Source: a virus
Taxonomy: Duplodnaviria; Caudoviricetes
Virus record (IMG/VR): IMGVR_UViG_3300020577_003313
DNA: 64,000 bases
Reading direction: 5' to 3' (one strand)
How positions within the stretch are numbered: the stretch's first letter is position 1; each line of letters opens with the position of its first letter. Shown here piece after piece: positions 21,827 to 32,632 of the stretch. The position numbers were made by a program, and so were the translations under genes. The notes below the pieces were generated by a model. It was not told the origin of the DNA. It saw only the letters and a program-made list of their open reading frames with translations, and did no database searches.

Positions 21827-23390
21827 TCTTCTTTACTGCAATAACTTTTTCAGTCTTTGACAAGAAGTTTCTTAGAGAGTTGATTCCAATCAACGCTTCG
21901 TTGTCGTTAGAAACAGTTCTATTCAAATAATTAATTACAAGGACCGCGCAAGTGTGTAAGAATGCACTCTTGCTAGCATATTGATTTCTAAGAGTTAGAA
22001 TTTCTTCAGACCACTTTTTCAAAGTGGGATTGAACTCTTGTACAGCTTTGATAGAACTTGCTACGAAATTCTTGGCCTTAGTTCTTCGATCTTCGTTTAC
22101 AACGTGCTCCGGAATTGTATTACCTAGAGCATCGTAAAAGCTGCAAATAATTACATTAACTTCGGGGTCTTTTTCTACAATCTGATTCCAGGTAGTGTTT
22201 ACTACCAGGTTATCAATGTTTGGATGCTCCAATAACATGGAGATCTTGTCAATCGGATTTGTAGTGTGATACAAATCGTGCGAGAAATTGGTATGCTTGT
22301 CATCATCTGTTAGCACAGATGTCGACCAGAAGTCAATCACATCCTTGACAATCTTGTTGATTCTAGTTACAGTATCGCTAGTAGCAGGCTTGTCAATGCC
22401 GTAAGGCAGTGACGAGGTGATTACAGTTGTCAAACTGTTAGCGATTGTTTGTGGCTTGACATTGATTTCCTTAGCACGAGCAATGTCTACTGCTCTATAG
22501 GCAATGAAAGCTCTGGCCATCTGGCCAGCTCTACGACCAGAGATATTCAGGTCTCTGACCTTGCCTTCCTTCTCTCCCTTAATCTTAGAGACTACGGAGC
22601 AGATAAGAGAACAGATAGAGTTGTGATACTGCTTATATAGATCTTCATAGATCGAAGCAGCATTCTCGATAATTCTGATGAGACGATCGCCCTGATCGGC
22701 TAGGTAATCATTGATGATTACATTACCTTTTTCATCATAATCCTTAAGAGCGTCAAACTGGTACTTCTTTCCAGTCCAGTATCTGATACCGATACTGTCG
22801 AAGTTACCGACGCGCTTCATAATCTTGACTTGCTGTTCTGCATCTAGCTCATCAAATGGCTTAAAATGGATGAAGAACGTGTGACGGTCAGCTAGAGCTT
22901 CGCTCATATCGTTGGTACCGTTATCACCGAACGGATTGATACCGCTCATGATGAACTTACCACGAATGGGCTTGCCCATGCAGGTTCTATGACGAAGAAC
23001 CTCTAGCACGTTTGCCTGACGATCAGACGCGCATCTGTTTAGCTCGTCTAAACCAATGAAATCCTTATCCCAGATAGTGGTCGGAGACTGAATAAAGTCT
23101 ACCCTATCTTCATTCAAAGCCTTCGGAGAAGGCCATCCAATTAGATCTTCAAAGTTCAGCTTGGAAGTATCGTAAATGTTGAAATTGAACCACTTAGAAC
23201 TATCTTGTGGGTTCTTTCTCTTAGAGCTCTCTCTGAAGAGAAGAGCTGTCATATACATGATTTCAGTTTTTGCAGTTCCAGGAGGACCGATAAATAGAAT
23301 CGGCTGAGCATCCAATAGGCTGCTCAGAATGCAGGTTTCATCAGATTCGGGGATGGCAAAAATGCCCATGTCTTCAAAAATCTTGCTCAT
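21741..23390 (-). CDS. MoxR-like AAA+ ATPase
   Basis: GPPGTAKT, LDELNR, GINP, ALADR, ISGRR. Confidence 0.8.
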   Translation of the reverse strand: MSKIFEDMGIFAIPESDETCILSSLLDAQPILFIGPPGTAKTEIMYMTALLFRESSKRKNPQDSSKWFNFNIYDTSKLNFEDLIGWPSPKALNEDRVDFIQSPTTIWDKDFIGLDELNRCASDRQANVLEVLRHRTCMGKPIRGKFIMSGINPFGDNGTNDMSEALADRHTFFIHFKPFDELDAEQQVKIMKRVGNFDSIGIRYWTGKKYQFDALKDYDEKGNVIINDYLADQGDRLIRIIENAASIYEDLYKQYHNSICSLICSVVSKIKGEKEGKVRDLNISGRRAGQMARAFIAYRAVDIARAKEINVKPQTIANSLTTVITSSLPYGIDKPATSDTVTRINKIVKDVIDFWSTSVLTDDDKHTNFSHDLYHTTNPIDKISMLLEHPNIDNLVVNTTWNQIVEKDPEVNVIICSFYDALGNTIPEHVVNEDRRTKAKNFVASSIKAVQEFNPTLKKWSEEILTLRNQYASKSAFLHTCAVLVINYLNRTVSNDNEALIGINSLRNFLSKTEKVIAVKKIESGQTKNENSAKDTEESASQTENSTNN

Positions 23391-23393
23391 TTC

Positions 23394-24941
23394 TTAGCCC
23401 TTAATAACTTCTTCGAGATCGTGAGTATTTTCGTAATTCTTAGAAAACCAATTTTCTTTAGTTGATTGGTCAGTTAATACTGTAACAATGCTGTTTATGT
23501 TAGGATGTTTTCCTTGAACTGGGAAATCTCCATAACCATCTGTAACAACCATAATATCTTTGAATTCATTCTGTACTGCGTGATCTACAACGCACTTAAA
23601 TGAAGTGCCACCTGTTGTAGTAATCTTTCTTTCTATAAGATCATCAATTGTATGTCTCACTACAACAGTAGAGAAGCACCATACATGGTTAATTCTTCCG
23701 TCGATGTTACAGATCAAATCAATGATCATAGGAATATATTTATCCATACTTCCAGATACATCGAAGTAAATAGGTACCAAATTAGGCACAAACCTATTGA
23801 CTTCTTTGTAGTGCTTCCAGAGAAGAATTGGTATCCCTGCTGCAATCTTTACTATATCTGGTCTAGTAAACTTTGGCGGCATTACTGGACTTGTATTCCA
23901 TTTACCTTCTCTTACAGTAGAAGAGAGAAGCATATTTGCAGCTAGGTGTCTAATGGCTACTTTCTTAAGAAAAGCAGCATTTATTGTCTTGTTCTCATAG
24001 CCTTCTGTTTCTTCAATAATTCTGGTAGCTATAGAACTACCACTTCCGCCTTCTTTCCCGGCGTAACTTCTTTCTTCATCTTCTTCTCCTTCTGCTAGCT
24101 TTCTACCATAAGTACCTTTTTCTATTTCGTTACGGATGTTTCTTCCAATTTCTTGACGGATCTTTTCAATCAGATCCTTCATTTCTTCGGGTATGTCACC
24201 GTGGTTACCGATGAACACGAACTTATTTTCAGGAGGAGCATTCTTTCTGAAATACTCTAGTAATACAGTATAGAGAGCAAAGTAATCTTTGATCTTATTG
24301 CTAAGATTGATCTTCTCGTAAAGATCTGCTGCTTCCGCGCCAATTTCTTTCTCAATCAGTTCCTTATTGGAAGGATCGAAATACAGTAGAGCATGAAGTG
24401 GTTCCTTATGGGGAGGCTCTCCCTCTTTAGTTCTGCTCTGATCTATTCTCTTATAGATGGACGCAATATGAGTCCCGGCGTTTATGCTCTTGTATAGATA
24501 TCTAATAGCAGAATTGATTCTGCAATCCATAGCAAGATTAGCTGCCAGTTTCTTGATCTTGAATTCTTTATCTTCAGGATCTAGAGACTTAATAATATTG
24601 ACGTCTCCGAGAGACGAGTGAAATAGCTCGTGTACTAATAGAGCCGATAGTTCTTCATTGCTTTCTACATACTTTTCAAGAAAGCCAGGATTATAGTAGA
24701 TAGTTCTACTATGATCAATGCCGATAGTGGCAATTGAATTATCTTCGACTACTTTCTTAATCAAGGTAGGCAGCACGAAGCTATGCCTACCGAGTACCTT
24801 TTCTAAATTTTTATATACGACTTTTAGATTCAGCTTGTTAATCTTCATTGAATCGACCAACGGCCTTCGCGTTGTCTTTAAGTTCGGCTTCTCTGATAAG
24901 ATCTCGTAAAAACTGTTCAGTTGAGCTATACTTGTAAGCAA
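23394..24941 (-). CDS. HEXXH metallopeptidase-like + vWA domain protein
   Basis: LVHELFH; MIDAS DVSGS, GGT, TDG. Confidence 0.8.
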   Translation of the reverse strand: MLTSIAQLNSFYEILSEKPNLKTTRRPLVDSMKINKLNLKVVYKNLEKVLGRHSFVLPTLIKKVVEDNSIATIGIDHSRTIYYNPGFLEKYVESNEELSALLVHELFHSSLGDVNIIKSLDPEDKEFKIKKLAANLAMDCRINSAIRYLYKSINAGTHIASIYKRIDQSRTKEGEPPHKEPLHALLYFDPSNKELIEKEIGAEAADLYEKINLSNKIKDYFALYTVLLEYFRKNAPPENKFVFIGNHGDIPEEMKDLIEKIRQEIGRNIRNEIEKGTYGRKLAEGEEDEERSYAGKEGGSGSSIATRIIEETEGYENKTINAAFLKKVAIRHLAANMLLSSTVREGKWNTSPVMPPKFTRPDIVKIAAGIPILLWKHYKEVNRFVPNLVPIYFDVSGSMDKYIPMIIDLICNIDGRINHVWCFSTVVVRHTIDDLIERKITTTGGTSFKCVVDHAVQNEFKDIMVVTDGYGDFPVQGKHPNINSIVTVLTDQSTKENWFSKNYENTHDLEEVIKG

Positions 24942-25276
24942 TAATCTTATACATCATTGCCTTGAGCTCTACATAGCGCCTGATAATCAAAGAAGTATCA
25001 GACCCAAGAGACTTAATCTCTTCATACAAATATCTGTATGAATCCTTTAGGTCAATAACTTGAACAGCGCCATAATTATTAGGATTGAAATTTTCAACCT
25101 GTCTAGTTGAATATGCTGAAACAGTAATTTGATCAATCTTAGTATTGATCTCTATATTGATTAAATCAAGTAATTGAGATCTAGTTAGAGAAGTTAGAGG
25201 AAGATTAAGAACACTGCTGGATAAACCGTCCAGCTTCTCTAAAATTCCTTTCTCTAATACCTTGACATCAATGTCT

Positions 25277-26506
25277 TTAATTAGTAGTAAGTTGCTTGAG
25301 TCTTGCATATTCGTCTGCCTTATTTTTTACTTCAATGAATCTTTCTAGATAATCTTGTTTGATCAGATCCTTCTTATCAGGATCTCGTTCAAAATTTAGC
25401 TGTCTAATAATGTAGCTAGGATGATACATCATATAAACAGAGTAATCGCCAGTTACCGGTAACCATCCTAATGCGTTACCGATAGGTCCTTTTAGGAATC
25501 TACCAAAGAATGCTTTATAGGCTACAGCTCCTAAGAGAACAATAACCTTAGGCTTAAGAATAGCTAGCTCAGTCTTTAGCCTAGAGCTACAGAGAGAAAG
25601 ATGATCGTCGCCAGGCTTACCGTTCTTACTGGGATTATCATCTTCTGCTGGAGGCCAGCACCAAACGGAGTTTGTGATGTAGCAGTCAGTATCTTGATTG
25701 AGGCCCGCCCTGTTCATGACTCTGAAAAGAGTCTCTCCAGCGGGCGCAGAAGGATTAAAAGGAATCCCTGTGTCTCTCTCAGTAGTGCCAGGAGCTTCTC
25801 CGATGATGAATACCTTAGGGTTAACCTTGTTACCTCTACCGAAGGTAACATTGCATCCGAGCTTTATTCTAGTATCAGAGAGGCTGCAACGCTTACAGTT
25901 CTTATACTCTTTTTCTAGAGTAGCTATTGACTGCTTAGATTTGTCCTCAGCAACAATAGGCTCTGGAGTTTGAATAGTATATGTATCTTCTAGCTGATTA
26001 GTAATCCTGCATATCCTCTTGGAGACTTTCCCAAGGACTGGCAAATTTTTGATAACTTCCCAGTCTGTGTCTGGTCTTTCAAGGATGGAGGACAATTCTG
26101 GAATTGTCCAATTGACGCCCTTGTATGCTTCAAAAACCTTGATTACATCCTGTAAAGCAATAGGCTTTCCGCTCACTGGCTTTGCATTTGGAACAACAGT
26201 AGTTGCTTCTTCTGAAACAGTTTCCATGTTTACCTTAGTAATTCGGCGCCTAGATTGAAAAATATGATCAACTGGAACTACTACCGGTTGCTGAATGAAT
26301 GGAGAGTCAAATGTATACCATACATTGACCTTAATAATAGCTCCCGGAGCTCTCTTTTTAGGAGAGTAGAGAAGACCTTCAACTATGTATTTAGTTTTTG
26401 GATCTAAAAAGCTAACTGGAATGCCGTAACCAGACCATTTTGCTTTTTCCTGAAAAAGAAAATCATAATAAAGTTCAAGAGGAGCTTCGACTTTTGCTTT
26501 TGCCAT
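25277..26506 (-). CDS. Family-4 uracil-DNA glycosylase with long N-terminal extension
   Basis: CKRC, GEAPG, GIPF, TNSVWCWP, YHPSY. Confidence 0.85.
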   Translation of the reverse strand: MAKAKVEAPLELYYDFLFQEKAKWSGYGIPVSFLDPKTKYIVEGLLYSPKKRAPGAIIKVNVWYTFDSPFIQQPVVVPVDHIFQSRRRITKVNMETVSEEATTVVPNAKPVSGKPIALQDVIKVFEAYKGVNWTIPELSSILERPDTDWEVIKNLPVLGKVSKRICRITNQLEDTYTIQTPEPIVAEDKSKQSIATLEKEYKNCKRCSLSDTRIKLGCNVTFGRGNKVNPKVFIIGEAPGTTERDTGIPFNPSAPAGETLFRVMNRAGLNQDTDCYITNSVWCWPPAEDDNPSKNGKPGDDHLSLCSSRLKTELAILKPKVIVLLGAVAYKAFFGRFLKGPIGNALGWLPVTGDYSVYMMYHPSYIIRQLNFERDPDKKDLIKQDYLERFIEVKNKADEYARLKQLTTN

Positions 26507-26508
26507 TA

Positions 26509-27834
26509 TTAACCATCAGCTACTGCTATAGCTTCTGCAATTGCATCCCAATTACCATATAATTTGGAAACCATAGCTTGTTCTTTACTTACTTCTCTAC
26601 CATATGCAGTATACTCTACCTTAGAGTCAGGTAATAATTCACCTGGATTGTTTGTACCGGTGAGGACTGATTCCCAAAAACTTGTAGCCACTGTATGATA
26701 CCTATATCCTATAGGATCGTAGCTTGATACTTGGTTAATTGCTTTTATATATTCATTTTTATCTAGAACGGCCCAATCTCCCTTATCACCGAGGAAGAAT
26801 TGCCCGTCATATGCAATTTCCCAGCTCAATGGAAGGATAGTGCGATTGCCACCAGATCTTGGACAGTCACTATTGGCTGTATGATCTGTGAAGATAAGCG
26901 GCATTCCAAATCTTGCTGCCTCTCTTAAGGGCAGATTATATCCTTCTGCTTTTGAAAAGCAGACATATGCGTGAGTATGATACATATCTCTGTATACTAC
27001 TTCACGTGAAGGAGTAGGCGGCATTAGAACAATATTCTTTTCTCCTTTGGAGAAAATCTTAATTGATGGATCTACAGAAGATACTGAACTAGCCCAATTA
27101 GCTGCAATAAGTTTGCTATAAGGCATTGGTACTTTCTGAAATGGATTATACCAGTAAGCTATTAGTGTAACTTTGCCTTCGCAATTTTCAATAATTTCAA
27201 TAGCTTCGTCAGTTCCTTTTCTTGCTTCATACTTTCCAATATTGCAGATAATTCTGTGATCTGTGAGACTTAAGCCAATTCTTGCTTTCCAGTAAAACTT
27301 GGTGTGAATTGATTTTTTCTTTAGCTCAAAGAATTTAGGCCAGAAATAAGTTGCGTGCTCAATAACTTTATTGTTTACTCTGATTGGATTTTTTGTTTGA
27401 AGGTGAACAGATGAGTCATTACAAAAAACGCTATGGTTAAACTTACAACAAGCTATATACTTAATAGGTTGTGTCACATAATGTGATAAATCTACTAAAG
27501 ATTTCTTCTCTCTCTCTGAGAGAAGAGTTTCAAAAGTAGACATAAGCAGTATCTGTTTAGTGTCTTTGTATGGGCCTACTTGCTCGTTGATATGAGAGAT
27601 ATGCCAAAATATTAACGTGGATGCTTCATTATTAATAGGTCTGGCAAGAGTCTTTTTTAGATTTTCCTTATAGAATCCGGTGAAGATCTCAGATCCATCA
27701 TCATGGATTCCTCCAATTGGTCTGAAGATTACTTCATACTCTTGGCTATACTCTAGAGCATTAAGATAACCAATGACCGCATGACCGTACCCTGTGTTGT
27801 TGTACGGTCCTACTAGATTTATCTGCTTTTTCAT
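26509..27834 (-). CDS. GT-B (GT4-like) glycosyltransferase
   Basis: TGYG, GKYEARKG, EGYNLPLREAARFGMP. Confidence 0.75.
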   Translation of the reverse strand: MKKQINLVGPYNNTGYGHAVIGYLNALEYSQEYEVIFRPIGGIHDDGSEIFTGFYKENLKKTLARPINNEASTLIFWHISHINEQVGPYKDTKQILLMSTFETLLSEREKKSLVDLSHYVTQPIKYIACCKFNHSVFCNDSSVHLQTKNPIRVNNKVIEHATYFWPKFFELKKKSIHTKFYWKARIGLSLTDHRIICNIGKYEARKGTDEAIEIIENCEGKVTLIAYWYNPFQKVPMPYSKLIAANWASSVSSVDPSIKIFSKGEKNIVLMPPTPSREVVYRDMYHTHAYVCFSKAEGYNLPLREAARFGMPLIFTDHTANSDCPRSGGNRTILPLSWEIAYDGQFFLGDKGDWAVLDKNEYIKAINQVSSYDPIGYRYHTVATSFWESVLTGTNNPGELLPDSKVEYTAYGREVSKEQAMVSKLYGNWDAIAEAIAVADG

Positions 27835-28081
27835 TGTTCTTATGAGTTAATACTTTCTACTACTTCTTTAGTAGCTTTAGCTACTACCATACTTTCTTTA
27901 GAGATTCTTACAAACCAATGGTTATCTTCTTTGCCAGCTTCATAAAGATACCAGACCACTCCGTCTCTTTTTATTCCTTTCAGGAACTTTACTTTATTGG
28001 CAGATTTATCCAATTCTGTTACTTGGCTAGTTACCTTATCTGTGATAAATTTTATCTCTGGTAACTGTTCGTTATTGTTTG

Positions 28082-28708
28082 TCATATGATCTTAAATACT
28101 TCTTTTGTCCAGTTCTCAAAATTTAGACCACTTGTTTTAAGTGATTCTAAGCTCATCATAGAGCCAGAAATCTTTTCTGTTTCTTTAGGAGTTACGGAGC
28201 TATAAGGAGTATCATACAAAAATACCACTCCAAGATGCACTTGTCCGACTGCATTACTATCATCATAGATGATAGCTCCGTCTACTTTAGACAGATGTTT
28301 TACGTCACTTAATCCTGGTCCAATCTTAACTTCTTCGTTAAGTTCTCGCATGCATCCATGCAATACAGCAGACCAGTGATCCATACCTTCTATGGAGTCT
28401 CTGCTTTGTTCTATATGACCGCCGATACCTACTGAATACTTACTGTGTAATCTTGCTTCTGTACCAGCTTTAAGTCTCTTGTAAGCAAAGACTTCTGGAT
28501 AGCTTTTCTTGTCTTTATCAATGGTAGGAGCGTTGTTAATAATAACAACGTAAGGTATAATCTGAAGGAAATTTGGATTCTCTTCAGCATTAGATCTTAC
28601 TAGATACTTACCATGATGATTGATAATAGACTCAATGCTACTGCCCTTCTTTATGGAAGATAGCTCTTCCTTCGGAATAACGAGAACACATTCTTGTAAT
28701 TTGTCCAT
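28082..28708 (-). CDS. NUDIX-family phosphoesterase
   Basis: QIIPYVV, E.RLH.KYSVGIGGH, RELNEE, VGQVHLG. Confidence 0.8.
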   Translation of the reverse strand: MDKLQECVLVIPKEELSSIKKGSSIESIINHHGKYLVRSNAEENPNFLQIIPYVVIINNAPTIDKDKKSYPEVFAYKRLKAGTEARLHSKYSVGIGGHIEQSRDSIEGMDHWSAVLHGCMRELNEEVKIGPGLSDVKHLSKVDGAIIYDDSNAVGQVHLGVVFLYDTPYSSVTPKETEKISGSMMSLESLKTSGLNFENWTKEVFKII

Positions 28709-29102
28709 CTAATATTTCTCCTATGCTATTGATTTCTTTTTGTTTTATTCTGGAGAACAGAGATTGTTTCTTTTCTTCATCATAGAAGTCACTGATTTTA
28801 TCAGTCTCGTCTGATTTGTATAGTTTGTGCTCAATAAATAACTGGAGCACATTACCTACATCATTTAGGGTATCTATTTTATGCTCTGAGAGCACAAGAT
28901 CCCAGAGAAAACCAAAGTTAAAAAGTATTAGCTTTGGTATATCTTCTATGATTTCTGAAGAAGTTAACTTCTTTTTCTCTGTTCTTACACAAATTGTGTA
29001 GACAATACTATCTACTAACGCGAATGACTTGTAGTTATACTTAAGACCTAAATTTTCACAATGAGTTACCAGAGCTTGATAGTCTTCAACAACATTGCTC
29101 AT
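28638..29102 (-). CDS. Protein resembling the Planctomycetes/Verrucomicrobia conserved family (Minf_1886-like)
   Basis: FGFLWDLVLSEHKIDTLNDVGNVL..FIEHKL...ETDKISDF matches the recalled family pattern. Confidence 0.5.
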   Translation of the reverse strand: MSNVVEDYQALVTHCENLGLKYNYKSFALVDSIVYTICVRTEKKKLTSSEIIEDIPKLILFNFGFLWDLVLSEHKIDTLNDVGNVLQLFIEHKLYKSDETDKISDFYDEEKKQSLFSRIKQKEINSIGEILDGQITRMCSRYSEGRAIFHKEGQ

Positions 29103-29522
29103 TTAGCTACTGCGTTTAGTTCTTTAATTATCATCTGGGCATAGCCCGGATCTAGCATGCCGTGTAGAATTCCGTAGGTATGTCTATCCTTCCAGAGAAG
29201 ACTGGCCCATTCTTCTGGTACATAGGTAAATCCATTATCTTCTGGTAGGATATCGAACTGTCTTTGCAAGATAGTATGTAGTCTGTGCTTTAAAGGATAG
29301 ACCACGCTCTTGTCACTATCAGGTGTAGGATTGTAGTTAATGGCTACAGCCACAAGTAGCTTGCCAGTAAATTTACATATAGCTACAGTTCGATCTCCGT
29401 AGCCCTGAAGCTTTGTATTACTTTGTCTATATATTTGACCGTAATCATCGACGCCAACCATCTTGATGTAGTCTTTGTATAGAATGACGTCGCCTAAAAT
29501 CTTATCGTTAAACTTCTTCATC

Positions 29523-30209
29523 TTAGATGTTCCAGCTGTTTTTTTCTAGTGCGCTAATGGCCAAAGGTGCTATATTTTTACTTTTAACTTGGTCCATCAT
29601 GAGTTGAGCTATTAGCTGTATCTCTTTCTGAGCATTAGGCTTTGATCTAAGTCTGTAATAATTACAGAATGATCTTAAGTTTATGGTAGTGACTCTTTCA
29701 GTCATGTTGTGCTGAGGTAACATTCCTCTATAGAACTCTCTAAGACGTTTATATTCATCATTAGTAATGAGTCCTTTATCTTTGAGATCCTTAAATGAAG
29801 TTATACTATCTTGGTACGCTTCATTAGCTAGCTCACAAATCTCAGAATATACTGCACCAGTTTTGTCGAAGGCACCTTTTGATAGTATATTTCTAACATC
29901 TTCTGGGATAGAAAGATATTCGGAAGGCATAGTTCTATACCTCCCAGACATCCCAGAATGGGACGCAATTCTATGCGTCATGTGCTGTCTATCAATTGCT
30001 ACAGGCAATCTTATCCAGAATCTAAATACTACCGATTCGAATGGTGTAGAATGCTTCTCATGCGCGAGAAGCTCTATAACCCGTTTAACGTCGTCATCGG
30101 TTCTGCTAATTTTTTTGATTAAATCAGCAGAGCTAGTCCATGCTGCATCGGCTATAGCTCTGTCGCTTCCCATCCATTCTTGCAGCTCTACTTTTATTTG
30201 ATCAGTCAT
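29523..30209 (-). CDS. thyX: Flavin-dependent thymidylate synthase
   Basis: HSTPFE, RQHMTHR..S.S..SGRY, NLRS, AQKEI. Confidence 0.92.
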   Translation of the reverse strand: MTDQIKVELQEWMGSDRAIADAAWTSSADLIKKISRTDDDVKRVIELLAHEKHSTPFESVVFRFWIRLPVAIDRQHMTHRIASHSGMSGRYRTMPSEYLSIPEDVRNILSKGAFDKTGAVYSEICELANEAYQDSITSFKDLKDKGLITNDEYKRLREFYRGMLPQHNMTERVTTINLRSFCNYYRLRSKPNAQKEIQLIAQLMMDQVKSKNIAPLAISALEKNSWNI

Positions 30210-30574
30210 GTCTTATTTTTATCTGAGTAGAACACTTTAGAGATACCAGCTTTCTTAAGAAGTTCCATGCAGTATTTACATGGCTTAGAAATGTTCTGCC
30301 GTTCTCTGAATATGTACATTACGAGACCCTTGGTCTTAATCCCAAGTTTCTCGCAAGCCCAGAGGGCGTTGCCCTCGGCGTGCAGCATTTTATAGGGACC
30401 AGAACCCCATCTTGGATGGGTAGAGTGCCTATTGTAGCCTGTGGCTACGATCCTGCCTTTTCTATCACAGACCAGCGCGCCAAATCGGAATGCCTCGTCA
30501 CTTCTCTCTGCGAGCTTTACGGCGATCCCGTTTGGGTCTACTGTTTCCCAATTTTTTATCGGTATCAGTTCCAT
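30206..30574 (-). CDS. Zinc-dependent cytidine/deoxycytidylate deaminase-like protein
   Basis: TGYN, HAE, KPCKYC. Confidence 0.8.
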   Translation of the reverse strand: MELIPIKNWETVDPNGIAVKLAERSDEAFRFGALVCDRKGRIVATGYNRHSTHPRWGSGPYKMLHAEGNALWACEKLGIKTKGLVMYIFRERQNISKPCKYCMELLKKAGISKVFYSDKNKT

Positions 30575-30794
30575 CTGGATATCTAATGACGCCTTTCTTG
30601 TCAGTATAGAAGCACTCAGAGCAGATATAATTCTTGTTATACAGCTTCATTGACCTGGGATTCCCACAGGCCGCGCATCTCTTGTCTAGGCAGTCTAATT
30701 TATTTATTGTAACCTGGTCCATAGTACACCTTTATATAGGTGTACGCTAATAAAAATACTCGCAAAAACAATAGATCTCTATTATGTCCAGACC

Positions 30795-31373
30795 ATGATC
30801 CTAGAAGAACTCACCAAGAACGAATTTCCAAGTTTACTTGAAGCAGTAATATTCGTTCTCACTTCTGTAGCTGTATCTGTAATAGTTTCTCTCAGAGAGA
30901 GAAAACTGAAAAAAATGACGGATACAGTCAATACTCAGCTAAACAATAATGGCGGGTCTTCTTTGATAGATAAGTTAGACCTAATCGTCAAAAAAATTGA
31001 CGATCTCGCCACCTCTGTAAGTAAGCTTGAGGTTTGGAAGACTGCATGGATGCAGCTATATGAGCATCCTATATTCATCACCAATACAAAAGGGTTCTGT
31101 ACTTGGGTGAATAACGAATATCAAAAAATTACTGGATGTACTTTTGCTGAGTTAGAAGGAGCTAACTGGTCAAAGATAATACATCCAGAAGATAGAGATC
31201 AAGTTACCAAAGAATGGCAAACCTGTGTAGACACAGGTACCCTCTTTGATAAGAAGTATAGAATAATAAACCAGCAGACTCTCACAGTTCATAATGTGAG
31301 ATGCAAGTGCAAACCTCTAACCAGGGGGCTAGAGGTTGTCGGGTTTATAGGTATCTGGGAAGTCCAGACCTAA
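30795..31373 (+). CDS. Membrane-anchored PAS-domain protein
   Basis: N-terminal hydrophobic helix, NNGGSSL coiled coil, PAS signature (WVN...ITG...W..IIHPEDR). Confidence 0.7.
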   Translation: MILEELTKNEFPSLLEAVIFVLTSVAVSVIVSLRERKLKKMTDTVNTQLNNNGGSSLIDKLDLIVKKIDDLATSVSKLEVWKTAWMQLYEHPIFITNTKGFCTWVNNEYQKITGCTFAELEGANWSKIIHPEDRDQVTKEWQTCVDTGTLFDKKYRIINQQTLTVHNVRCKCKPLTRGLEVVGFIGIWEVQT

Positions 31374-31818
31374 TCTCACTCGTAGAAGTTGCCCAACTTA
31401 AAGGCAGTGAGAATTGCCTCTAGCATATCCTTCTGAGTCACTTCAGACTGGCCAAAGACCATAATCTCGTAGGCAATCTCTCCATTCTTTGGATGGAAGT
31501 AGCACTTAATAGTCAGCGGAACTGACTTTGTACCACCATCCGGGAGCTTGACTACGGAGATATAATTAGAAGTGGTTCTGATGTGGTAAGCACCAGAGTG
31601 GGCGATACATTCTCCGTGAATGTACTTTCTAAAGTCAGCTTTACTTCTACCAGAGTCTCGTCTAAACTGATCGAGAGTAGAGCAGACAGCCTTAGTGACT
31701 AGGAAGCAACGCTCGTCGGTCTGCTCAATTCGCAATGTCATTCTATTGCCGGTGAGCTTAGAGTTGATTCCATTGTAGTGAATACTGTGACAGTATTGAA
31801 CGGGAAGCAGAGTCGTGT

Positions 31819-32286
31819 TCATGATGTAGCAACGATTACGGTTGGTTCTTCTTCAGCAGCCACGATAGTGGCATAAGGTAAGCAAACAGAAAGGATAACG
31901 TCGGTAATGATAAATCCTAAGCCTAGGACTAATCCGGTTCCAAGGAATGTACCAAGACCAGCAGTGGCTAAGCCAGAGATAACCAGATCAGAAACGAGCG
32001 GATTATCGTGGATAACCTTCTTTAGTCTATTAGGTAACTTTTCAATTAAGAAAAGCACGCTAACTGAAAGCAAAATACCAATTATTGCCGCAGGCAATAG
32101 GATATAGCTTGCGGTAAATGGTAAGATAGCTACAGCGATACAGCTAAGGATTACTCTAGGCTTAGAGTAATCTAGATTGATTAGCCAATCAAGTAGTTTG
32201 AGGGCTTTTGTTGTCAGATCGTTCAGAAGTATTTGTAGATTCATTGTTTTGTCCTCTTTGTTTCTCGAAGAACAGGATCTTGTCAT
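31819..32286 (-). CDS. Multi-pass membrane protein
   Basis: Several hydrophobic segments. Confidence 0.55.
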   Translation of the reverse strand: MTRSCSSRNKEDKTMNLQILLNDLTTKALKLLDWLINLDYSKPRVILSCIAVAILPFTASYILLPAAIIGILLSVSVLFLIEKLPNRLKKVIHDNPLVSDLVISGLATAGLGTFLGTGLVLGLGFIITDVILSVCLPYATIVAAEEEPTVIVATS

Positions 32287-32632
32287 AGACAGCTTTGATC
32301 ATATTCTTCGTGAATTCCCTTCTAAGTTCCTTAGACTTGGGATTATCTCCAGGAAAAAATGAAGTGTAGTAAAGAGGCTTTACTGCTTCATTGTCTGGGA
32401 TATCTTCTGGAGCATACTCATCATAGATTACCTTAAACGGGCTTGAGATCATTTTAGTCTGACCCGCGCCTCGTCTAATGGTAAAATGGTTGTTAGCAGA
32501 TAGGACTATTCCAGATTCATGCACTACGTTAAAAGAAAACCAGGCAAGAAGACCTTGGTTTATTTGTGCTTGGTTAGCTCTAAATGCTCTTGTAATGACT
32601 ATGTTTAAGTCAAGTGCTTTAAAGCTACTCAT
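32189..32632 (-). CDS. Second SpoVG-like protein
   Basis: GLLAWFSF...FTIRRG...MISSP parallels 10551-10952. Confidence 0.35.
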   Translation of the reverse strand: MSSFKALDLNIVITRAFRANQAQINQGLLAWFSFNVVHESGIVLSANNHFTIRRGAGQTKMISSPFKVIYDEYAPEDIPDNEAVKPLYYTSFFPGDNPKSKELRREFTKNMIKAVYDKILFFEKQRGQNNESTNTSERSDNKSPQTT

